Source: an uncultured Oscillospiraceae bacterium (GTDB lineage Bacteria > Bacillota > Clostridia > Christensenellales > CAG-138). Taken from it: a stretch of DNA of 64,000 bases. Location: NCBI GenBank assembly GCA_964474405.1, contig CAYYUV010000002.1:19349-83348 (forward strand), written 5' to 3'. The stretch's first letter is position 1; each line of letters opens with the position of its first letter. This document shows positions 27,047-37,656 of the stretch, piece by piece. Made by a program: the position numbers and the translations under genes. The notes below the pieces were generated by a model. That model was not told the DNA's origin. It saw nothing but the letters and a program-made list of their open reading frames with translations, and searched no databases.

Positions 27047-27835
27047 ATGAGCAAAGCGGCTTTGATCCTGGTTGGGACACTGATTCCGTTTCTGGGAACG
27101 ACCTTGGGCGCGGCCATGGTGTTCGTCATCCGGGGAGGCCTTCGTCCGCGCCTGCAAAAGGCGCTGCTGGGTTTTGCGTCCGGCGTGATGATCGCGGCGT
27201 CGGTATGGTCGCTGCTGATCCCGGCGATGGATCTGGCCGCGGAGGCCGGAACGCCCGTTTATTTGCCGGCCGCCGTTGGCTTTTTGGCCGGCATCGGGTT
27301 TTTGCTGCTGTTGGATACGCTGATCCCGCATCTGCATGCAAAGGCCGAGCGGCCGGAGGGCAGACCGGTTGCGCTACGAAAAACTACGATGCTGCTGATC
27401 GCCATCACATTGCACAACCTGCCCGAGGGCATGGCGGTAGGCGTTGTGCTGTCGGGCGCGGTCGGCGGTGCGCGCAGCATCAGCGCGGCGGCGGCTGTCG
27501 CGCTGGCGGCCGGTATCGCGGTGCAGAATTTTCCCGAGGGGGCGGTGGTTTCCCTGCCGCTGCTGTCGGAGGGCGCATCCAGGCCGCGCGCCTTTCTCTA
27601 CGGCGTGATGACCGGCGTAGTCGAGCCGGTGGGCGCGCTGCTGACCGTGCTGCTTGCATCGGCGCTGACGCCCATTCTGCCGTATATTCTGGCCTTTGCG
27701 GCGGGCGCGATGATCTATGTCGTGGTGGATGAGCTGATCCCCGAGGCGCAGGCGGGCGAGCATTCCAACGTCGGCACGATCGGCGCGGCGCTGGGTTTTG
27801 CGCTGATGATGGTACTGGACATCGCGCTTGGCTGA
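27047..27835 (+). CDS. ZIP-family divalent metal (zinc) transporter, ZupT-like
   Basis: HNLPEGMAVG and QNFPEGAVVS motifs; multiple TM helices; 262 aa. Confidence 0.85.
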   Translation: MSKAALILVGTLIPFLGTTLGAAMVFVIRGGLRPRLQKALLGFASGVMIAASVWSLLIPAMDLAAEAGTPVYLPAAVGFLAGIGFLLLLDTLIPHLHAKAERPEGRPVALRKTTMLLIAITLHNLPEGMAVGVVLSGAVGGARSISAAAAVALAAGIAVQNFPEGAVVSLPLLSEGASRPRAFLYGVMTGVVEPVGALLTVLLASALTPILPYILAFAAGAMIYVVVDELIPEAQAGEHSNVGTIGAALGFALMMVLDIALG

Positions 27836-27950
27836 GCACATTTACAGCGGCAGTGCGGCGTGATATACTGAGCACAAGTCATATTTAAGCCGTGTTCTCC
27901 CGATTCTGCGGGAGGACGGTCGAATTACGGGACAAGGGGGGCAAACCGAT

Positions 27951-28838
27951 ATGGAGCAGGCGATCAGCCGCGTGTTGATGGCGGCTGTCAAAAAGGCGCA
28001 GGTGGATGAGCTTACCGGCGAGGCGCTGTATGCCTTTATGGCAAGGCGTGAGCGCAAAAGCGCCGAAAACAGGCGCATCCTTACGGAACTGTCGGAGGAC
28101 GAGCGCAGCCATGCGGCGATTTGGCAGGAGGTGACGGGGCAGGCGCTGAAGCCGTCGCGGGCAAAGATCCTTTTTCTGAAGCTGCTGACCTGCGTGCTGG
28201 GGTTCACGTTTGTGCTAAAGACGCTGCAAAAGGATGAGGCGCTGGCGCAGGAGGTCTATCGGAAGATGCAGCAGGAGCTGCCTGCCGCCGCGCGCATGCT
28301 GAATGAGGAGCGCAGGCATGAGGATGTGCTTTCCGCCATGCTGGACGAGGAGCGGCTGCATTACATCGGCTCCATGGTGCTTGGGCTGAACGACGCGTTG
28401 GTGGAGCTGACCGGCGCGATTGCGGGGGTGACGTTTGCGCTGTGCAACACGCGCACGATCGCCCTGACCGGGATCGTCACGGGCGTATCGGCCACGCTGT
28501 CGATGGCTGCGTCCAACTATCTGGCGGAGCGGGCGCAGGGCAACGCCAACGCGCTCAAATCCAGCGCGTACACAGGCGTGGCGTATCTGGTGACGGTCGC
28601 GCTTCTGGTGCTGCCGTACCTGCTGTTTCCGTCCGCGCTGTATGCGGCGGCGTTCGGCGTGATGCTTGGGATCGTCATCCTCATCATCCTGTTTTTCAAT
28701 TATTATCTGTCCGTCGCCCGCGACGAGCCGTTTTTGCGGCGCTTCGGCGAGATGGCGGTGATCTCGCTGTCGGTGGCGGTGATCTCGTTTTTGATTGCCA
28801 TTGCGGCCAAAAAGCTGCTTGGCATCGACGTGGGCTGA
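27951..28838 (+). CDS. Ferritin-like domain fused to a VIT1/CCC1-family Fe/Mn transporter
   Basis: N-terminal four-helix-bundle-like segment (DELTGEALYAFMA...EDERSHAAIW). C-terminal VIT1 pattern (GLNDALVELTGAIAGV, five TM helices). Confidence 0.75.
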   Translation: MEQAISRVLMAAVKKAQVDELTGEALYAFMARRERKSAENRRILTELSEDERSHAAIWQEVTGQALKPSRAKILFLKLLTCVLGFTFVLKTLQKDEALAQEVYRKMQQELPAAARMLNEERRHEDVLSAMLDEERLHYIGSMVLGLNDALVELTGAIAGVTFALCNTRTIALTGIVTGVSATLSMAASNYLAERAQGNANALKSSAYTGVAYLVTVALLVLPYLLFPSALYAAAFGVMLGIVILIILFFNYYLSVARDEPFLRRFGEMAVISLSVAVISFLIAIAAKKLLGIDVG

Positions 28839-28880
28839 GCGAGCAGCGGATTCTGGTTTTTTTAAGAAGGAGGAATTAAG

Positions 28881-29648
28881 ATGGAATCTACAACGTACAA
28901 CGTTTCCGCGGAGGGGCAGAGACGGTCTGCCCGGCAGTTCCGTCGCGGCGCGTGGGAGACCCTGCGCGGGAAATACTGGTGGGCGGTGCTGGTGACGATG
29001 GTAGCAGCCGTTCTGGGCGCGGGCGGCGTGGCCGCGGCATCCTTCACGTTCAACTTCCGCTTTGAGGACGGCGACCGGGTGGTCGAGAGCATCCGCAATG
29101 TCCTGCCCCCCGCCACGATGACGGTGCTGCTGGCGGTGCTGATCGGGCTCGGCGTCGTCTGCTCGATCATCGGGATTGCGCAGTTTGTTCTCTCCGGCGC
29201 GGTCCAAATCGGCCTCTGCCGCTGCAATCTTGATCAGTATGACGGAAAGGCCATGACGTTTCCGAGGCTGTTCTCGGGCTTTTCGATCTTCGGCAAGGCG
29301 CTGTGGCTGGTCGTACTGACCGCGCTCAAAACCCTTGCATGGACGCTGCTGTTCATCGTGCCGGGCATTGTGGCGGCTTACAGCTACGCGCTGGCGCCCT
29401 ATCTGCTTGCCGAGCATCCCGATTGGTCTGCCCATCAGGCCGTGGAGGAGTCCAAACGCCTGATGTGCGGCAACAAGGGACGGATGTTCCGGCTGGATCT
29501 GAGCTTTTTGGGCTGGGTGCTGCTTGCCGGACTGACGTGCGGCGCGGGCAGCGTGTTCCTTGCACCGTATCCTGAGGCGGCGCACGCGCTGTTCTATCTG
29601 GAGGTTTCCGGTCAGACCGAACGGATCTGCCGGGTTCCCGTCGAATAA
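28881..29648 (+). CDS. DUF975-like integral membrane protein
   Basis: RRGAWETLRGKYWWAVLVTMV N-terminus and repeated TM hairpins. Family assignment is from memory. Confidence 0.55.
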   Translation: MESTTYNVSAEGQRRSARQFRRGAWETLRGKYWWAVLVTMVAAVLGAGGVAAASFTFNFRFEDGDRVVESIRNVLPPATMTVLLAVLIGLGVVCSIIGIAQFVLSGAVQIGLCRCNLDQYDGKAMTFPRLFSGFSIFGKALWLVVLTALKTLAWTLLFIVPGIVAAYSYALAPYLLAEHPDWSAHQAVEESKRLMCGNKGRMFRLDLSFLGWVLLAGLTCGAGSVFLAPYPEAAHALFYLEVSGQTERICRVPVE

Positions 29649-29678
29649 CAGGCCTGCCGGAGCGGCATGGCAGGACAG

Positions 29679-29703
29679 ACCGGGCTTCGGCCCGGTTTTT
29701 TCT
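29679..29703 (+). terminator. Intrinsic terminator
   Basis: ACCGGGC-UUCG-GCCCGGU followed by a U-run. Confidence 0.8.
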
Positions 29704-29751
29704 TTATTTTACAAAAATATCTATTCATATTTTCATATATATATGGAATAC

Positions 29752-29780
29752 CTTTGCTTTTTGCCCATTTTATGTATATA
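29752..29780 (+). promoter_or_regulatory. Candidate promoter of GntR paralogue 1, with ATGTATAT direct repeats
   Basis: TTGCTT, 17-nt spacer, TATAAT (29775-29780). ATGTATAT occurs at 29770-29777 and 29784-29791. Sits in a ~130-bp AT-rich island. Confidence 0.5.
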
Positions 29781-29853
29781 ATGATATGTATATCCAATCA
29801 CTAAAGCCACAATAATCAGATAACAGATTTTGGAAAGCGTGGGAGGGAATGAC

Positions 29854-30564
29854 ATGCTGGCTTATGTCAGTGCAAAATCGAAGGTGCTTCAGCACATCAA
29901 GAGCCAAAACCTTCAGGCAGGCGACCGTCTGCCCACCGAGGCGGAAATGTCCGAACTGTTGGACATCAGCCGTCTGACCCTCCGCGAAGCGCTGAACGCC
30001 CTGAAAAGCGAAGGCGTTGTCCATTCCGTTCAGGGGAAGGGCACGTTTGTCGCGTGTGATTTTGACCATATCTCTGACTCGCTGAACATGAATTACAGTG
30101 TGACAGAAATGATCGAGTCGGCCGGCTACCGTCCCGGCGTGGGCTCGTTTGAAAAAACGCTGATCAAGGCCGATGAATGCATTGCCAAGCGTCTCAATGT
30201 GCAGCTCGGCACCGATGTGCTGATGTGCGCGCGTCTGCGCCTTGCGGACGGGGAGCCTGTGGTGTATTCGCGCGATTATCTGGCGCCGCGGTTGGCGAGC
30301 GAGTTTCTCGGCGTGACGGACGAGGAAATCTCTTTGTATGCGTTTATCGAGCAGACCTGCAACATCCGTCTCGGCATCTGTTTGACGGAGCTGATCCCCG
30401 CTGTGGCGGATGAGCGGCTGTCGGGCATGCTGAACATGGCCGTGGGCTCGCCGCTGATGAAGCTGCGCGCAGACGTCAACGATGTGTTTGGCGAGCCTCT
30501 GATCTATGCCAACGAATATTTCCGTCCGGACAAATTTAAGTTCACCGTATCCCGCGGCAGGTAG
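29854..30564 (+). CDS. GntR/HutC-family transcriptional regulator (wHTH + UTRA), paralogue 1
   Basis: MLAYVSAKSKVLQHIKSQNLQAGDRLPTEAEMSELLDISRLTLREALNALKSEGVVHSVQGKGTFV. Roughly 75-80% identical by eye to the 57581..58291 product. Confidence 0.85.
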   Translation: MLAYVSAKSKVLQHIKSQNLQAGDRLPTEAEMSELLDISRLTLREALNALKSEGVVHSVQGKGTFVACDFDHISDSLNMNYSVTEMIESAGYRPGVGSFEKTLIKADECIAKRLNVQLGTDVLMCARLRLADGEPVVYSRDYLAPRLASEFLGVTDEEISLYAFIEQTCNIRLGICLTELIPAVADERLSGMLNMAVGSPLMKLRADVNDVFGEPLIYANEYFRPDKFKFTVSRGR

Positions 30565-30707
30565 GAGGCAGGGTTTGTTGAACGCGCGCTTGCGCGGGGG
30601 TTCTGCCGGAACCCGCCCTTGCTGATATTGCAACATATAAGGGTTCTTCGGATGCACATTTTAGCGGGCTTGCTGCCCGCGCTTGTTTTTCTTTATGGAC
30701 AAAAAAT

Positions 30708-30736
30708 AAGGCAGCGGCTTTATGCCGCTGCCTTTT
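30708..30736. terminator. Bidirectional intrinsic terminator
   Basis: A-run, AAGGCAGCGG / CCGCUGCCUU stem, U-run. Between convergent genes. Confidence 0.8.
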
Positions 30737-30756
30737 GAACGTACACACGATGCGCG

Positions 30757-32634
30757 TCAGGAGATTTTGATGCAGAACACCTTTTCTTCCTGATAGCCGA
30801 CGCCGCCACGGCAGCCAATGACGATATAGTTGCCGAATACGACAGGCGACGCCTCAAAGTTTGTGGAGGTCAGCGCGTTCTCGTATTCCTTGGTCAGCGC
30901 CGAGACAATGGTGCCTGTGGAGCCGTCCAGCAGGAACAGATTGCCCTTGGAATCCGCCTGGATCAGATAGCCGCGGCCATCGTCGGTATAGACGGCAACC
31001 GGCGAGCTCCAGCAGCAGCCCTCGAGCGAGAACTTCCATTTGGTCTCAAACGTCTCGGTATCGAGCGCGACCAGCACGCTCGCGCCCGAGCTTGGGTACC
31101 GGGCGATGGTGATGAACACAAGCCCGTCAAGCTGCTCGCGCCCCAACACGGCGGACGACTGGATGCCGCCCGACACGCCGGACTGGGTGTACACCGTCAG
31201 GTCATAACGCTTGACGATCTCGCCGGTCATGGCGTTGATCTTGAAGAAGGGCGCCACGCCGGATTTGTTCTCATCCTGCGTAAAGTGCAGCGACGTGCCG
31301 ACGTACAGATAGGCCTCGGTGTCCGAAATCACGTCGAGCGCGGGGGTGCCGTTGGTGTCGTCAAGCGTGTCGCAAGTCCATTTGACCTGCATGGAGTTGA
31401 GGTCGATGCACTGGAAGATGCCGTCGTTGCTGGAAAGATAGATAAACTCGTTCCAGATAACGGGGCTGCCCTCGTACCCGAGCCAGTATTTGTCCGCGTC
31501 ACCGATGCCGGTGGACGAACGCGTCGAGTCATAGCGGAACTTGACGACAGTCGACGGATTGACGGAGATCGAGCCCAGAACCGGGTCAAAATTGGTGTTG
31601 AGCTTCATGGTATACAACACGCCGTTCTCACCAGCGTAGATGAGCGTGTCGGTCTCCGCGTCGATGAGCGGCGCGCTGTCGTAGGCATACCAGACGCGCT
31701 TGGCAAAGGGATCGGTGCCTTCCTTGCCAAATTCGTACAGCCGCGTGCCGTCGATCAGCGAATAGATCATCGCGCGCGTCTTTTGCGAATCGTTCTCATA
31801 CATGTCGCCCGAGCCCAGATACAGCAGCGGATAACCGCGCGGGTCAAGCGAGCCGGTGCCCTTGAACGGCATATCGATATAGATCGGGTCACGCGTGGCC
31901 TCGCTGGTTTCCAGATCGTAGAAATAGACGTTGCCGCCCTCGCAGGGCAGGATCACCTCGACAAGATTCGGCTTGTTCTTGGCCGATTCATAGAGGTTCA
32001 TGACCTTCTTGGTCTCCTCGTCCCACTGCACGAGCAGAGGCTGCCCCGTCCAGCCGCTGCCGGACCAGTTGTTGGAGCCGGTGCCCTTGCCGATGACGGT
32101 CGTGACACGGTCCCACGCTTTGGCGAGCGTCGGCGTGCCGCCCGACAGGGAGATGGTGCCGTAGGAGGCGTTGTTGCGATAGTTGTCGCCGCGGAAGGTG
32201 ATCACGCCCGCAAGCTTGGAATAGGCGTTGCCGTCGGCAAAGCTGATCCTTTCGGTGCGGGTATAAGAGGGAACCTCCGCACCGTCCACCTCAATGTGTC
32301 CGACAAAGCCGAACTTTGAGGGGTCGGAATCGGCGATATAATACGGCGTGGGCTTTGGCGTGGGCGACGGGGTTGGCGTCGGGGTCGGGGTTGGCGTCGG
32401 CGTCGGCGTCGCGCCGGAGAGCCAGCTGAGAAGCCCGCCCTTGTTGCCGTCCGACACGGATGCTACGTCGCCCGAGGGAGTCCCGCTGTCGCAGGCGCCC
32501 AACGCGCTGGCGACCAGAAAGACGACAAAGATGAATAGTGCGAGAACCACCAAAAAAATGGCGATTACAACAAAAAAGCGCGGATGAACAACCAGCTTTC
32601 TGCGTTTCTTGCGCTTCTTTACCGCTGCGCTCAT
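30757..32634 (-). CDS. Membrane-anchored PQQ-like beta-propeller repeat protein, paralogue 1
   Basis: KKRKKRRK, a TM helix, a (TP)n linker, then ~500 aa with propeller-like repeats (WSSPV, IYAGENGVLY). Paralogous to 46370..48223. Confidence 0.7.
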   Translation of the reverse strand: MSAAVKKRKKRRKLVVHPRFFVVIAIFLVVLALFIFVVFLVASALGACDSGTPSGDVASVSDGNKGGLLSWLSGATPTPTPTPTPTPTPSPTPKPTPYYIADSDPSKFGFVGHIEVDGAEVPSYTRTERISFADGNAYSKLAGVITFRGDNYRNNASYGTISLSGGTPTLAKAWDRVTTVIGKGTGSNNWSGSGWTGQPLLVQWDEETKKVMNLYESAKNKPNLVEVILPCEGGNVYFYDLETSEATRDPIYIDMPFKGTGSLDPRGYPLLYLGSGDMYENDSQKTRAMIYSLIDGTRLYEFGKEGTDPFAKRVWYAYDSAPLIDAETDTLIYAGENGVLYTMKLNTNFDPVLGSISVNPSTVVKFRYDSTRSSTGIGDADKYWLGYEGSPVIWNEFIYLSSNDGIFQCIDLNSMQVKWTCDTLDDTNGTPALDVISDTEAYLYVGTSLHFTQDENKSGVAPFFKINAMTGEIVKRYDLTVYTQSGVSGGIQSSAVLGREQLDGLVFITIARYPSSGASVLVALDTETFETKWKFSLEGCCWSSPVAVYTDDGRGYLIQADSKGNLFLLDGSTGTIVSALTKEYENALTSTNFEASPVVFGNYIVIGCRGGVGYQEEKVFCIKIS

Positions 32635-33168
32635 GACATACCTCCAACAATACCATTCGCGCGAAACGCAATGCGCCCGCGCTGATTTATCGACAGTCCA
32701 CCCCGAAGGGCGGCGGAAGCTGCATGAATGATGCAGGGATATACCCTGGTTATACGGTCATCCTTTGGGGCGTAAAATAAACTGTAAAATCATGACCGCA
32801 CGCCGTTGTCCGTGGAAGAAACTCCCAAACACCGATCCGTATTTTGCGGTTTGGGAGCATCCTGCCACAACATGTAGCGGGTACCCCTGCCACGGTACGG
32901 AAGCTCATAAAGAGCCATTTTTTTAGGTGTGATCACATTATAACACCCCGATTTGAACACATTTTTATCAGATTGTGAACAGTTATGGCACCAAATATGA
33001 CTATTTTTGGCGGTATAAGTATGCATTTGAAAGAATAATCATGAACGCTGTCGGCAAAAGCCGAATTTGGTCAGCCGGCGTTGTCCGCCTGCGCGGGGCA
33101 AGACGCATATATACCTAATATATAGTGCGGCGCACCGTGCGCCCAAATTGAGAGGGGGAATCCCGCCT

Positions 33169-34929
33169 ATGCGCATCCTGTTGGCAGGCAGTCCCAACTG
33201 CGGCAAGACCACGCTGTTCAACGCATTGACGGGCGAACGCGCGCGCGTCGGCAACCGCATCGGCGTCACGGTGGAGGTGCGCAGCGCGCGTATGCGGCGG
33301 ATCGATGCGGAGCTGTGGGATCTGCCGGGGCTGTACACGTTTGCGGGGGGCAGCGCAGATGAGCAGGCGGCGCGCGAGGCGCTTACGGCGGCGAAGCCGG
33401 ATCTGATTGTCAACGTGGTGGACGCCACCCGTCTTGGCACGGGGCTGTTGCTGACGATGGAGCTGGCTGCACTGGGCGTGCCGATGGTGGTCGCGCTTAA
33501 TATGAGCGACGAATGTAAAAAACGTGGCATCCGCGTTGATAGCGTGCTGCTGTCCTCCCTGCTCGGGGTACCTGCCGTGCCTATCGCCGCAAGGACAGGA
33601 GAGGGGCTTCCCACCCTGCTGGCCGCGCTCAAGAAAGGCGGACACCTGCCCGCGGCCGCGTGCCGCCGCTGCCGCAATCAGGAGGAACGGCGCCGCCTGG
33701 CCACAGAATGCTATACCGCGTGCGTAACCGGCACAGAGGAGCGCCCGATCGACGCGCCCGACGCCGTGCTGACGCATCCGCTCTGGGGGACGGTTTCCCT
33801 CTTGGCGATCATGGCGTCGGTGTTCCTGGTGACGTTTGGCGCGCCGGGACAATATCTGTCCGATCTGGTGGGACGGCTGTTTGCAGAGGTTTTGCAGCCG
33901 TGGCTGTCGGGCGCGCTCGCGTGGGCGGGCGCGGCGCCATGGCTGTCGGGGCTGCTGATGGACGGGCTTTTTCGGGGCGTATCGGGCGTACTGGCGTTTC
34001 TGCCGCAGATCGCGCTGCTGTTTGTGCTGCTGACCATCCTGGAGGACAGCGGGTATCTGTCGCGCGCGGCGCTGCTGGCCGACGGGGCGCTGTCGGCAAT
34101 CGGGCTGGACGGCAAGGCGGTCGTGCCGCTGCTGATGGGCTTTGGCTGTACGGTGCCTGCCGCGATGGCGGCGCGCACGCTAGACTCGCCGGGGGTGCGA
34201 CGGCGCGCGCTGCTGCTGATCCCGTTCGTGCCGTGCTCGGCCAAGCTGCCGGTGTTTCTGTTTGTGGCAAAATGCACGTTTGGCGAACGGGCGGGGCTGG
34301 CGGTGGCGGGGATGTATCTGCTGTCGGTGACCGCCGGGCTGCTGTCCGCGCTGATTGCAAGGCCCTCGGCCGAAAGGGAACGCGCGGCGGGGCCGTTTCT
34401 TCTCGAGCTGCCGCCGTACCGGCTGCCGTCATGGCGGAACGTGCTGAACGCCGCTGGGGAGCGTGTGACGCATTTTTTGTCGCGCGCGGGGACGCTGATC
34501 CTGCTGCTGTCGCTGGTGCTTTGGGTGGCGGGGCACATCACGCCCACGGGCGCTTATACGGCGGATGTCGGCGCGGGGGTCTGGATGCGGGCGGCGACCT
34601 GCGCCGCGCCGCTGCTAAGACCGGTGGGACTGGGCGTTCCGGAAGCTGCCGCGGCGTTGCTGGCGGGCTTTTTTGCGCGGGAGGCGGCGGTGTCGGCGCT
34701 GCTGCTGCTGTCGAACGGCGCGTCCGTGCTGTTTACCCCGGCGCAGGCGCTGAGCTTTCTTGTGCTGATCGCGGTGAGCCCGCCGTGCGCGGCGGCGCTG
34801 CTGGTGTCGGCGCGGGAATACGGGCGGCGGCGCGCGTTTGTCGGGCGCATGCTGCTGCGCTTTGGCTATGCCTATGCGCTTGCGTATGCTGTGTATCGGC
34901 TGGCCACGCTGGCGGGTGGGGGCTTGTGA
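33169..34929 (+). CDS. feoB: Ferrous iron transporter FeoB
   Basis: Start MRILLAGSPNCGKTTLFNALTG (G1). DLPG (G3), NMSD (G4), and a large polytopic C-terminal domain. No feoA ORF is seen upstream. Confidence 0.85.
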   Translation: MRILLAGSPNCGKTTLFNALTGERARVGNRIGVTVEVRSARMRRIDAELWDLPGLYTFAGGSADEQAAREALTAAKPDLIVNVVDATRLGTGLLLTMELAALGVPMVVALNMSDECKKRGIRVDSVLLSSLLGVPAVPIAARTGEGLPTLLAALKKGGHLPAAACRRCRNQEERRRLATECYTACVTGTEERPIDAPDAVLTHPLWGTVSLLAIMASVFLVTFGAPGQYLSDLVGRLFAEVLQPWLSGALAWAGAAPWLSGLLMDGLFRGVSGVLAFLPQIALLFVLLTILEDSGYLSRAALLADGALSAIGLDGKAVVPLLMGFGCTVPAAMAARTLDSPGVRRRALLLIPFVPCSAKLPVFLFVAKCTFGERAGLAVAGMYLLSVTAGLLSALIARPSAERERAAGPFLLELPPYRLPSWRNVLNAAGERVTHFLSRAGTLILLLSLVLWVAGHITPTGAYTADVGAGVWMRAATCAAPLLRPVGLGVPEAAAALLAGFFAREAAVSALLLLSNGASVLFTPAQALSFLVLIAVSPPCAAALLVSAREYGRRRAFVGRMLLRFGYAYALAYAVYRLATLAGGGL

Positions 34930-34993
34930 CAATTTTGTGGCGTTGCCCCCCGCACGTCTTGCAAACGGCAGGGTTTTCCAGTATGATGGGGTC

Positions 34994-35767
34994 ATGAAAA
35001 TTATGATCGTCAACGACGACGGCATCGACGCCGCCGGTTTGCATGCCCTGATTGGCGCGCTCTGTGGCGCGCATTCCGTGTTTGTTGTCGCGCCTGACCG
35101 CCAGCGCAGCGCCGTCAGCAAGGCCATGACCCTATATGAGCCGCTGCGTGCGGAGAGACGGACGCTTGCGGCGTTTCCGCGCGTGGAGGCGTATGCCGTC
35201 AACGGCACGCCGGTGGACTGCGTGCGGCTGGGGCTTGGCAACCTGGTTCCGCGGCCCGACGCGGTGATCTCCGGCATCAACATCGGCGCCAACCTTGGCA
35301 CCGATACGCTCTATTCCGGCACATGCGCCGGCGCGCAGGAGGCTGCGCTCAGTGGCGTTCCTGCCGTGGCGCTGTCATGCTGCTCGTTCCGGCCGGCACA
35401 TCTGGACACCGCAGCCGCGATGGCGGAGCCGGCGCTCGAACTGCTTTCCCGCTGCCCGCTGCCGTTTGGCGCGTTCTATAACGTCAATGTGCCGGATCTG
35501 CCGCATGCGGACATCCGCGGGATGCGCGGCGCGCGGCTGGGGCTTTTGCGATATCCCGACGCATATGAAAAGCGGCAGGACAACATCGGCAGAGATTATT
35601 ATTGGGCGCCGCGCGACCCCGTGATCGAAAACGCGGAGGACGCGGACACGGCGCTCGTTCCCAAGGGCTATGTGACGGTGACCGCCCTGTCCTACAACAA
35701 CGCCGTTCCGCTGCCGTTCGGCGCGGAGGCGGAGAACAGGTTTTGGGAGGCGAAGCATGGCCGGTAA
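34994..35767 (+). CDS. surE: 5'/3'-nucleotidase SurE
   Basis: MKIMIVNDDGIDAAGL, SGINIGANLGTDTLYSGT. Confidence 0.9.
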   Translation: MKIMIVNDDGIDAAGLHALIGALCGAHSVFVVAPDRQRSAVSKAMTLYEPLRAERRTLAAFPRVEAYAVNGTPVDCVRLGLGNLVPRPDAVISGINIGANLGTDTLYSGTCAGAQEAALSGVPAVALSCCSFRPAHLDTAAAMAEPALELLSRCPLPFGAFYNVNVPDLPHADIRGMRGARLGLLRYPDAYEKRQDNIGRDYYWAPRDPVIENAEDADTALVPKGYVTVTALSYNNAVPLPFGAEAENRFWEAKHGR

Positions 35768-36989
35768 GCGCGTGGCCGTCGTGGGCGGCGGCGCATCGGG
35801 GATGATGGCGGCGCTTGAGGCGTCAAAGGCCGGCAATGAGGTGCATCTGTTCGAGCGGAACGAGAAGCTCGGCAAAAAGCTGTACATCACCGGCAAGGGC
35901 CGCTGCAACGTGACCAACGCCGCGGGGCGCGACACGTTTTTTCAGAACGTCGTGCGCAATCCGAGGTTTCTGTTTAGCGCCTACGCCGCATGCGGCGAGC
36001 AGGATGTGATGCGTCTTTTGGAGCAGGCGGGCGTGCCAGTCAAGGTGGAACGCGGCGACCGCGTGTTTCCCGTCTCGGACAAATCGTCCGACGTGCTGGC
36101 GGCGTTTGCAAGGCAGATCGACCGCGCGGGCGTGACGATGCATCTGAACGCGCATGTGACGGCGCTCGCGACCGAGCGGGGCGAGGCCGGGCCGCGGATC
36201 GCGGGGGTTATGACCGGGGACGAGCTGTTTGCCTGTGACGCGGTGATCCTTGCGACGGGCGGGCTGTCGTACCCTTCGACCGGCTCCACCGGCGACGGAC
36301 ACCGCTTTTTGGCCGCGTGCGGGCATACGGTCGTGACCCCGCGCGGCGCGCTGGTGCCGCTTGAGACGGTGGAACGCTGGCCTGCCGAGCTGGCGGGGCT
36401 GACGCTGAAGAACGTGCGGCTGACCGCGCACCAAAACGGGCGCACGGTCTATGACGAGCAGGGGGAGATGCTGTTTACCCATTTTGGTGTGTCGGGGCCG
36501 CTGGTGCTGTCCTGCTCATCGTATTTGGACGACCCGGCCGGGGCGGAGCTTTGGATCGATCTCAAGCCCGCGCTGTCCTTTGACACGCTGAACGCGCGGC
36601 TTCTGCGGGAGCTGGCGTCCTGCGGCAGACAGCATATAAAGACCGCGCTTGGCGGGCTGCTGCCCGCGCGGCTGCTAATCACGGTGCTGGCGCAGGCGGG
36701 CGTGGACGCCGATATGCCTGCGGCCGAGCTGAAAAAATCACAGCGTGAGGACATCATCCGCGCGCTCAAGGCACTGACGCTGCATGTGGCCGGTACGCGC
36801 GGCTTTTCCGAGGCGGTGATCACGCGCGGCGGCGTGGACGTGCGGGAGATCGCGCCCGGAACGCTCGCATCCAAGAAGGTGGACGGGCTGTATGTCTGCG
36901 GCGAATTGCTGGATGTGGACGCGCTGACGGGCGGGTTTAATTTACAGATCGCATGGTCAACCGGCGCGCTGGCGGGAAGGAGCGTATAA
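35757..36989 (+). CDS. HI0933/BaiN-family NAD(P)/FAD-dependent flavoprotein
   Basis: VAVVGGGASGMMAA, ITGKGRCNVTN, GGLSYPSTGSTGDG and a C-terminal GELLDVDALTGGFNLQ. Confidence 0.85.
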   Translation: MAGKRVAVVGGGASGMMAALEASKAGNEVHLFERNEKLGKKLYITGKGRCNVTNAAGRDTFFQNVVRNPRFLFSAYAACGEQDVMRLLEQAGVPVKVERGDRVFPVSDKSSDVLAAFARQIDRAGVTMHLNAHVTALATERGEAGPRIAGVMTGDELFACDAVILATGGLSYPSTGSTGDGHRFLAACGHTVVTPRGALVPLETVERWPAELAGLTLKNVRLTAHQNGRTVYDEQGEMLFTHFGVSGPLVLSCSSYLDDPAGAELWIDLKPALSFDTLNARLLRELASCGRQHIKTALGGLLPARLLITVLAQAGVDADMPAAELKKSQREDIIRALKALTLHVAGTRGFSEAVITRGGVDVREIAPGTLASKKVDGLYVCGELLDVDALTGGFNLQIAWSTGALAGRSV

Positions 36990-36993
36990 GGAT

Positions 36994-37655
<662 letters not shown>

Positions 37656-37656
<1 letters not shown>

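Noticed and set aside
32860-32900. T-box-like or other riboswitch-like sequence (GGCAGGGGTACCCGC on the minus strand) in the long intergenic region
   Set aside because: It has only superficial similarity to the T-box GGTGGTACCGCG core. I saw no specifier-loop, AGAGA or terminator/antiterminator architecture.
33027-33046. Possible Fur box upstream of feoB (TTGAAAGAATAATCATGAAC)
   Set aside because: By my count only about 12 of 19 positions match the GATAATGATAATCATTATC consensus. That is too weak to call without a position-weight-matrix score.
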